Assembly: GCF_009914755.1 (NCBI RefSeq)
Contig: NC_060937.1
Length of the DNA: 64,000 bases
DNA from: the human T2T-CHM13v2.0 reference genome, Homo sapiens
Reading direction: 5' to 3' (one strand)
Shown: positions 1 through 9,506 of the stretch, piece after piece
Layout of the letters: the number at the start of each line of letters is the position of its first letter
How positions within the stretch are numbered: position 1 is the stretch's first letter
Notes under the pieces: generated by a model
Told to the model about the DNA's origin: nothing
What the model saw: the letters and a program-made list of their open reading frames with translations, nothing else
Database searches by the model: none
Made by a program: the position numbers and the translations under genes

Positions 1-160
1 TAAATATCCATTTGCAGAATCCACAAAAATAGAGTTTCAAAGCTGCTCTGTAAAAAGAAAGGTTCCACTCTGTTAGCTGAGTACACACATCACAAACTTG
101 TTTCTCAGAATCCTTCTGTCTCGTTTTTATGGGAAGATATTTACTTTTTCACCGTAGGCA

Positions 161-838
161 TCAAAGCGCTCCAAATGTCCACATCCAGATACTCCAGAAA
201 GAGTGTTTCAAACCTGCTCTATGAAAGGGAATCTTCAACTCTATGAGTTGAATGCAGACATCAGAAAGAAATTTCTGAGAATGCTGCTGTCTACCTTTTA
301 TTTGAACTCCCGCTTCCAACGAAATCCTCCAAGCTATCCAAATATCCACTTGCATTTTCCACAAAAAGAGTGCTTCAAAACTGCTCTATCAATAAATGTT
401 CAACTCCTTTAGCTGGGTGCACACATCACAAACAAGTTTCTGAGAATGCTTCTGTCTAGTTTTTATGGGAAGACATTCCCTTTTTCACCAAAGGCATCAA
501 AGCGCTCCAAATGTCCACTTCCAGACACTACAAAAAGAGTGTTTCCAACGTGCTCTAAGAAAGCGAATGTTCAACTCTGTGACTTGAATGCAGATATCAC
601 AAAGTAGTTTCTGAGAGGGCTTCTGTCTAGATTTTAGATGATGATATTCCCGTTTCCAACGAAATCATTAGAGCTATCCAAATATCCACTTACGGTTTCT
701 ACAAAAAGAGTGTTTCCAAACTGCTGCATCAAAAGAGAGGTTCCACTCTGTTAGCTGAGTACACACATCACAAACTTGTTTCTGAGAATCCTTCTGTGTC
801 GTTTTTATGGGAAGATATTTACTTTTTCACCGTAGGCA
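161..838 (-). repeat. Variant 4-mer module A' (678 bp); other copies start at 3899, 22767, 26505, 30923, 38401, 61519
   Basis: Spacing to the next module is 678 bp rather than 680. Diagnostic sequence: gaactccc (EcoRI site lost), gagtgcttc, aataaatg (2 bp deletion), tttagctgggtgcac. Marked in the ORF track by the 69 aa '...INVQLL' frame. Confidence 0.95.
308..324 (-). promoter_or_regulatory. CENP-B box (representative). Two per 4-mer and three per 7-mer, 168 expected in the window
   Basis: The + strand tcccgcttccaacgaaa reads TTTCGTTGGAAGCGGGA on the minus strand, matching the established consensus YTTCGTTGGAARCGGGA. Further boxes at 648-664, 986-1002, 1326-1342, 1667-1683, 2176-2192 and 2518-2534. 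The total is computed from modules (40x3 + 24x2), not from an exhaustive scan. Confidence 0.95.
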
Positions 839-1158
839 TCAAAGCGCTCCAAATGTCCACATCCAGATACTCCAGAAAGAGTGTTTCAAACCTGCTCTAT
901 GAAAGGGAATCTTCAACTCTATGAGTTGAATGCAGACATCAGAAAGAAATTTCTGAGAATGCTGCTGTCTACCTTTTATTTGAATTCCCGCTTCCAACGA
1001 AATCCTCCAAGCTATCCAAATATCCACTTGCAGATTCCACAAAAAGAGTGTTTCAAAACTGCTCTCTATCAATGGCAAAGTTCAACTCTGTTAGTTGAGG
1101 ACACATATCACCAACAAGTTTCTGAGAATGCTTCTGTCTATTTTTTATGGGAAGATAT

Positions 1159-1175
1159 TTCCTTTTTCACCGTAG
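1159..1175 (+). promoter_or_regulatory. pJalpha (A-box) motif of an A-type monomer; one exact match per 7-mer module
   Basis: ttcctttttcaccgtag matches the described pJalpha site TTCCTTTTYCACCRTAG (recalled consensus) and sits at the monomer position where B-type monomers carry the CENP-B box. The other A-type monomers carry variants (ttactttttcaccgtag, tccctttttcaccaaag). Confidence 0.75.
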
Positions 1176-1837
1176 GCGTCAAGGCGATCGAAATGTCCAC
1201 TTCCACAAACTACAAAAAGAGTGTTTCAAACCTGCTCTATGAAAGGCCATGTTCATCTCTATGAGTCGAATGGAAATATCCGAAAGAAATTTCTGGGAAT
1301 GCTGCTGTCTAGTTTTTATACGAATTCCCGCTTCCAACGAAATCCTCAAAGCAATCCAAATATCCACTTGCAGAATCCACAAAAAGAGTGTTTCAAAACT
1401 GCTCTATCAATAGAAAGGTTCAACTCTTTTAGTTGAGTACACACATCACAAACAAGTTTCTGAGAATGCTTCTGTCTGGCTTTTATTGGAAGACGTTTCC
1501 TTTTCACCAAAGGCATCAAAGCGCTCCAAATGTCCACTTCCAGATTCTTCCAAAAGAGTGTTTGAAACGTGCTCAAAGTAAGGGAATGTTCAACTCTGTG
1601 ACTTGAATGCAGATATCACCAAGTAGTTTCTAATAGTGCTTCTGTCTAGATTTTAGATGATGATATTCCCGTTTCCAACGAAATCGTTAGAGCTATCCAA
1701 ATATCCACTTACAGTTTCTACAAAAAGAGTGTTTCCAAACTGCTGCATCAAAAGAAAGGTTCAACTCTGTTAGTTGAGGACACACATCACAAAGAAGTTT
1801 GTGAGAATGCTTCTGTCTAGATTTTGTATGACCATAT

Positions 1838-1854
1838 TCCCTTTTCCAGCGATA
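1838..1854 (-). other. Degenerate CENP-B box in a B-type monomer directly adjacent to an intact-box monomer; one per 7-mer module
   Basis: tcccttttccagcgata (or tcccttttccaacgata) lies 171 bp after the intact box at 1667. It lacks both the TTCG and CGGG cores, so intact-box spacing here is 509 bp rather than ~340 bp. Confidence 0.85.
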
Positions 1855-2028
1855 TCATTAAAGCAATCTAAATATCCATTTGCAGAATCCACAAAAATAG
1901 AGTTTCAAAGCTGCTCTGTAAAAAGAAAGGTTCCACTCTGTTAGCTGAGTACACACATCACAAACTTGTTTCTGAGAATCCTTCTGTCTCGTTTTTATGG
2001 GAAGATATTTACTTTTTCACCGTAGGCA

Positions 2029-3898
2029 TCAAAGCGCTCCAAATGTCCACATCCAGATACTCCAGAAAGAGTGTTTCAAACCTGCTCTATGAAAGGGAAT
2101 CTTCAACTCTATGAGTTGAATGCAGACATCAGAAAGAAATTTCTGAGAATGCTGCTGTCTACCTTTTATTTGAATTCCCGCTTCCAACGAAATCCTCCAA
2201 GCTATCCAAATATCCACCTGCATTTTCCACAAAAAGAGCGTTTCAAAACTGCTCTATCAATAGAAATGTTCAACTCCTTTGGCTGGGTACACACATCACA
2301 AACAAGTTTCTGAGAATGCTTCTGTCTAGTTTTTATGGGAAGACATTCCCTTTTTCACCAAAGGCATCAAAGCGCTCCAAATGTCCACTTCCAGACACTA
2401 CAAAAAGAGTGTTTCCAACGTGCTCTAAGAAAGCGAATGTTCAACTCTGTGACTTGAATGCAGATATCACAAAGTAGTTTCTGAGAGGGCTTCTGTCTAG
2501 ATTTTAGATGATGATATTCCCGTTTCCAACGAAATCATTAGAGCTATCCAAATATCCACTTACAGTTTCTACAAAAAGAGTGTTTCCAAACTGCTGCATC
2601 AAAAGAGAGGTTCCACTCTGTTAGCTGAGTACACACATCACAAACTTGTTTCTCAGAATCCTTCTGTCTCGTTTTTCTGGGAAGATATTTACTTTTTCAC
2701 CGTAGGCATCAAAGCGCTCCAAATGTCCACATCCAGATACTCCAGAAAGAGTGTTTCAAACCTGCTCTATGAAAGGGAATCTTCAACTCTATGAGTTGAA
2801 TGCAGACATCAGAAAGAAATTTCTGAGAATGCTGCTGTCTACCTTTTATTTGAATTCCCGCTTCCAACGAAATCCTCCAAGCTATCCAAATATCCACTTG
2901 CAGATTCCACAAAAAGAGTGTTTCAAAACTGCTCTCTATCAATGGCAAAGTTCAACTCTGTTAGTTGAGGACACATATCACCAACAAGTTTCTGAGAATG
3001 CTTCTGTCTATTTTTTATGGGAAGATATTTCCTTTTTCACCGTAGGCGTCAAGGCGATCGAAATGTCCACTTCCACAAACTACAAAAAGAGTGTTTCAAA
3101 CCTGCTCTATGAAAGGCCATGTTCATCTCTATGAGTCGAATGGAAATATCCGAAAGAAATTTCTGGGAATGCTGCTGTCTAGTTTTTATACGAATTCCCG
3201 CTTCCAACGAAATCCTCAAAGCAATCCAAATATCCACTTGCAGAATCCACAAAAAGAGTGTTTCAAAACTGCTCTATCAATAGAAAGGTTCAACTCTTTT
3301 AGTTGAGTACACACATCACAAACAAGTTTCTGAGAATGCTTCTGTCTGGCTTTTATTGGAAGACGTTTCCTTTTCACCAAAGGCATCAAAGCGCTCCAAA
3401 TGTCCACTTCCAGATTCTTCCAAAAGAGTGTTTGAAACGTGCTCAAAGTAAGGGAATGTTCAACTCTGTGACTTGAATGCAGATATCACCAAGTAGTTTC
3501 TAATAGTGCTTCTGTCTAGATTTTAGATGATGATATTCCCGTTTCCAACGAAATCGTTAGAGCTATCCAAATATCCACTTACAGTTTCTACAAAAAGAGT
3601 GTTTCCAAACAGCTGCATCAAAAGAAAGGTTCAACTCTGTTAGTTGAGGACACACATCACAAAGAAGTTTGTGAGAATGCTTCTGTCTAGATTTTGTATG
3701 ACCATATTCCCTTTTCCAGCGATATCATTAAAGCAATCTAAATATCCATTTGCAGAATCCACAAAAATAGAGTTTCAAAGCTGCTCTGTAAAAAGAAAGG
3801 TTCCACTCTGTTAGCTGAGTACACACATCACAAACTTGTTTCTCAGAATCCTTCTGTCTCGTTTTTATGGGAAGATATTTACTTTTTCACCGTAGGCA
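2029..3898 (-). repeat. Canonical 11-mer HOR (680 bp A + 1190 bp B = 1870 bp). The window holds 12 such copies and 7 copies of the 1868 bp A'B form
   Basis: Module starts at 2029, 2709 and 3899. Five intact CENP-B boxes. A is diagnosed by ccacctgcattttcc, gagcgtttc and ctttggctgggtacac. Confidence 0.95.
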
Positions 3899-6800
3899 TC
3901 AAAGCGCTCCAAATGTCCACATCCAGATACTCCAGAAAGAGTGTTTCAAACCTGCTCTATGAAAGGGAATCTTCAACTCTATGAGTTGAATGCAGACATC
4001 AGAAAGAAATTTCTGAGAATGCTGCTGTCTACCTTTTATTTGAACTCCCGCTTCCAACGAAATCCTCCAAGCTATCCAAATATCCACTTGCATTTTCCAC
4101 AAAAAGAGTGCTTCAAAACTGCTCTATCAATAAATGTTCAACTCCTTTAGCTGGGTGCACACATCACAAACAAGTTTCTGAGAATGCTTCTGTCTAGTTT
4201 TTATGGGAAGACATTCCCTTTTTCACCAAAGGCATCAAAGCGCTCCAAATGTCCACTTCCAGACACTACAAAAAGAGTGTTTCCAACGTGCTCTAAGAAA
4301 GCGAATGTTCAACTCTGTGACTTGAATGCAGATATCACAAAGTAGTTTCTGAGAGGGCTTCTGTCTAGATTTTAGATGATGATATTCCCGTTTCCAACGA
4401 AATCATTAGAGCTATCCAAATATCCACTTACGGTTTCTACAAAAAGAGTGTTTCCAAACTGCTGCATCAAAAGAGAGGTTCCACTCTGTTAGCTGAGTAC
4501 ACACATCACAAACTTGTTTCTGAGAATCCTTCTGTGTCGATTTTATGGGAAGATATTTACTTTTTCACCGTAGGCATCAAAGCGCTCCAAATGTCCACAT
4601 CCAGATACTCCAGAAAGAGTGTTTCAAACCTGCTCTATGAAAGGGAATCTTCAACTCTATGAGTTGAATGCAGACATCAGAAAGAAATTTCTGAGAATGC
4701 TGCTGTCTACCTTTTATTTGAATTCCCGCTTCCAACGAAATCCTCCAAGCTATCCAAATATCCACTTGCAGATTCCACAAAAAGAGTGTTTCAAAACTGC
4801 TCTCTATCAATGGCAAAGTTCAACTCTGTTAGTTGAGGACACATATCACCAACAAGTTTCTGAGAATGCTTCTGTCTATTTTTTATGGGAAGATATTTCC
4901 TTTTTCACCGTAGGCGTCAAGGCGATCGAAATGTCCACTTCCACAAACTACAAAAAGAGTGTTTCAAACCTGCTCTATGAAAGGCCATGTTCATCTCTAT
5001 GAGTCGAATGGAAATATCCGAAAGAAATTTCTGGGAATGCTGCTGTCTAGTTTTTATACGAATTCCCGCTTCCAACGAAATCCTCAAAGCAATCCAAATA
5101 TCCACTTGCAGAATCCACAAAAAGAGTGTTTCAAAACTGCTCTATCAATAGAAAGGTTCAACTCTTTTAGTTGAGTACACACATCACAAACAAGTTTCTG
5201 AGAATGCTTCTGTCTGGCTTTTATTGGAAGACGTTTCCTTTTCACCAAAGGCATCAAAGCGCTCCAAATGTCCACTTCCAGATTCTTCCAAAAGAGTGTT
5301 TGAAACGTGCTCAAAGTAAGGGAATGTTCAACTCTGTGACTTGAATGCAGATATCACCAAGTAGTTTCTAATAGTGCTTCTGTCTAGATTTTAGATGATG
5401 ATATTCCCGTTTCCAACGAAATCGTTAGAGCTATCCAAATATCCACTTACAGTTGCTACAAAAAGAGTGTTTCCAAACTGCTGCATCAAAAGAAAGGTTC
5501 AACTCTGTTAGTTGAGGACACACATCACAAAGAAGTTTGTGAGAATGCTTCTGTCTAGATTTTGTATGACGATATTCCCTTTTCCAACGATATCGTTAAA
5601 GCAATCTAAATATCCATTTGCAGAATCCACAAAAATAGAGTTTCAAAGCTGCTCTGTAAAAAGAAAGGTTCCACTCTGTTAGCTGAGTACACACATCACA
5701 AACTTGTTTCTCAGAATCCTTCTGTCTCGTTTTTCTGGGAAGATATTTACTTTTTCACCGTAGGCATCAAAGCGCTCCAAATGTCCACATCCAGATACTC
5801 CAGAAAGAGTGTTTCAAACCTGCTCTATGAAAGGGAATCTTCAACTCTATGAGTTGAATGCAGACATCAGAAAGAAATTTCTGAGAATGCTGCTGTCTAC
5901 CTTTTATTTGAATTCCCGCTTCCAACGAAATCCTCCAAGCTATCCAAATATCCACTTGCAGATTCCACAAAAAGAGTGTTTCAAAACTGCTCTCTATCAA
6001 TGGCAAAGTTCAACTCTGTTAGTTGAGGACACATATCACCAACAAGTTTCTGAGAATGCTTCTGTCTATTTTTTATGGGAAGATATTTCCTTTTTCACCG
6101 TAGGCGTCAAGGCGATCGAAATGTCCACTTCCACAAACTACAAAAAGAGTGTTTCAAACCTGCTCTATGAAAGGCCATGTTCATCTCTATGAGTCGAATG
6201 GAAATATCCGAAAGAAATTTCTGGGAATGCTGCTGTCTAGTTTTTATACGAATTCCCGCTTCCAACGAAATCCTCAAAGCAATCCAAATATCCACTTGCA
6301 GAATCCACAAAAAGAGTGTTTCAAAACTGCTCTATCAATAGAAAGGTTCAACTCTTTTAGTTGAGTACACACATCACAAACAAGTTTCTGAGAATGCTTC
6401 TGTCTGGCTTTTATTGGAAGACGTTTCCTTTTCACCAAAGGCATCAAAGCGCTCCAAATGTCCACTTCCAGATTCTTCCAAAAGAGTGTTTGAAACGTGC
6501 TCAAAGTAAGGGAATGTTCAACTCTGTGACTTGAATGCAGATATCACCAAGTAGTTTCTAATAGTGCTTCTGTCTAGATTTTAGATGATGATATTCCCGT
6601 TTCCAACGAAATCGTTAGAGCTATCCAAATATCCACTTACAGTTTCTACAAAAAGAGTGTTTCCAAACTGCTGCATCAAAAGAAAGGTTCAACTCTGTTA
6701 GTTGAGGACACACATCACAAAGAAGTTTGTGAGAATGCTTCTGTCTAGATTTTGTATGACCATATTCCCTTTTCCAGCGATATCATTAAAGCAATCTAAA

Positions 6801-9506
6801 TATCCATTTGCAGAATCCACAAAAATAGAGTTTCAAAGCTGCTCTGTAAAAAGAAAGGTTCCACTCTGTTAGCTGAGTACACACATCACAAACTTGTTTC
6901 TCAGAATCCTTCTGTCTCGTTTTTATGGGAAGATATTTACTTTTTCACCGTAGGCATCAAAGCGCTCCAAATGTCCACATCCAGATACTCCAGAAAGAGT
7001 GTTTCAAACCTGCTCTATGAAAGGGAATCTTCAACTCTATGAGTTGAATGCAGACATCAGAAAGAAATTTCTGAGAATGCTGCTGTCTACCTTTTATTTG
7101 AATTCCCGCTTCCAACGAAATCCTCCAAGCTATCCAAATATCCACCTGCATTTTCCACAAAAAGAGCGTTTCAAAACTGCTCTATCAATAGAAATGTTCA
7201 ACTCCTTTGGCTGGGTACACACATCACAAACAAGTTTCTGAGAATGCTTCTGTCTAGTTTTTATGGGAAGACATTCCCTTTTTCACCAAAGGCATCAAAG
7301 CGCTCCAAATGTCCACTTCCAGACACTACAAAAAGAGTGTTTCCAACGTGCTCTAAGAAAGCGAATGTTCAACTCTGTGACTTGAATGCAGATATCACAA
7401 AGTAGTTTCTGAGAGGGCTTCTGTCTAGATTTTAGATGATGATATTCCCGTTTCCAACGAAATCATTAGAGCTATCCAAATATCCACTTACAGTTTCTAC
7501 AAAAAGAGTGTTTCCAAACTGCTGCATCAAAAGAGAGGTTCCACTCTGTTAGCTGAGTACACACATCACAAACTTGTTTCTCAGAATCCTTCTGTCTCGT
7601 TTTTCTGGGAAGATATTTACTTTTTCACCGTAGGCATCAAAGCGCTCCAAATGTCCACATCCAGATACTCCAGAAAGAGTGTTTCAAACCTGCTCTATGA
7701 AAGGGAATCTTCAACTCTATGAGTTGAATGCAGACATCAGAAAGAAATTTCTGAGAATGCTGCTGTCTACCTTTTATTTGAATTCCCGCTTCCAACGAAA
7801 TCCTCCAAGCTATCCAAATATCCACTTGCAGATTCCACAAAAAGAGTGTTTCAAAACTGCTCTCTATCAATGGCAAAGTTCAACTCTGTTAGTTGAGGAC
7901 ACATATCACCAACAAGTTTCTGAGAATGCTTCTGTCTATTTTTTATGGGAAGATATTTCCTTTTTCACCGTAGGCGTCAAGGCGATCGAAATGTCCACTT
8001 CCACAAACTACAAAAAGAGTGTTTCAAACCTGCTCTATGAAAGGCCATGTTCATCTCTATGAGTCGAATGGAAATATCCGAAAGAAATTTCTGGGAATGC
8101 TGCTGTCTAGTTTTTATACGAATTCCCGCTTCCAACGAAATCCTCAAAGCAATCCAAATATCCACTTGCAGAATCCACAAAAAGAGTGTTTCAAAACTGC
8201 TCTATCAATAGAAAGGTTCAACTCTTTTAGTTGAGTACACACATCACAAACAAGTTTCTGAGAATGCTTCTGTCTGGCTTTTATTGGAAGACGTTTCCTT
8301 TTCACCAAAGGCATCAAAGCGCTCCAAATGTCCACTTCCAGATTCTTCCAAAAGAGTGTTTGAAACGTGCTCAAAGTAAGGGAATGTTCAACTCTGTGAC
8401 TTGAATGCAGATATCACCAAGTAGTTTCTAATAGTGCTTCTGTCTAGATTTTAGATGATGATATTCCCGTTTCCAACGAAATCGTTAGAGCTATCCAAAT
8501 ATCCACTTACAGTTTCTACAAAAAGAGTGTTTCCAAACTGCTGCATCAAAAGAAAGGTTCAACTCTGTTAGTTGAGGACACACATCACAAAGAAGTTTGT
8601 GAGAATGCTTCTGTCTAGATTTTGTATGACCATATTCCCTTTTCCAGCGATATCATTAAAGCAATCTAAATATCCATTTGCAGAATCCACAAAAATAGAG
8701 TTTCAAAGCTGCTCTGTAAAAAGAAAGGTTCCACTCTGTTAGCTGAGTACACACATCACAAACTTGTTTCTCAGAATCCTTCTGTCTCGTTTTTATGGGA
8801 AGATATTTACTTTTTCACCGTAGGCATCAAAGCGCTCCAAATGTCCACATCCAGATACTCCAGAAAGAGTGTTTCAAACCTGCTCTATGAAAGGGAATCT
8901 TCAACTCTATGAGTTGAATGCAGACATCAGAAAGAAATTTCTGAGAATGCTGCTGTCTACCTTTTATTTGAATTCCCGCTTCCAACGAAATCCTCCAAGC
9001 TATCCAAATATCCACCTGCATTTTCCACAAAAAGAGCGTTTCAAAACTGCTCTATCAATAGAAATGTTCAACTCCTTTGGCTGGGTACACACATCACAAA
9101 CAAGTTTCTGAGAATGCTTCTGTCTAGTTTTTATGGGAAGACATTCCCTTTTTCACCAAAGGCATCAAAGCGCTCCAAATGTCCACTTCCAGACACTACA
9201 AAAAGAGTGTTTCCAACGTGCTCTAAGAAAGCGAATGTTCAACTCTGTGACTTGAATGCAGATATCACAAAGTAGTTTCTGAGAGGGCTTCTGTCTAGAT
9301 TTTAGATGATGATATTCCCGTTTCCAACGAAATCATTAGAGCTATCCAAATATCCACTTACAGTTTCTACAAAAAGAGTGTTTCCAAACTGCTGCATCAA
9401 AAGAGAGGTTCCACTCTGTTAGCTGAGTACACACATCACAAACTTGTTTCTCAGAATCCTTCTGTCTCGTTTTTCTGGGAAGATATTTACTTTTTCACCG
9501 TAGGCA

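Larger units (their letters stand above)
839..2028 (-). repeat. 7-mer module B (1190 bp), representative of 40 copies
   Basis: Constant 1190 bp spacing after every 79 aa 'MPLIES' ORF marker. Contains unique landmarks tctctatcaatggcaaag, aaggcgatcgaaatg and taatagtgcttc, three intact CENP-B boxes and one degenerate box. Confidence 0.96.
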
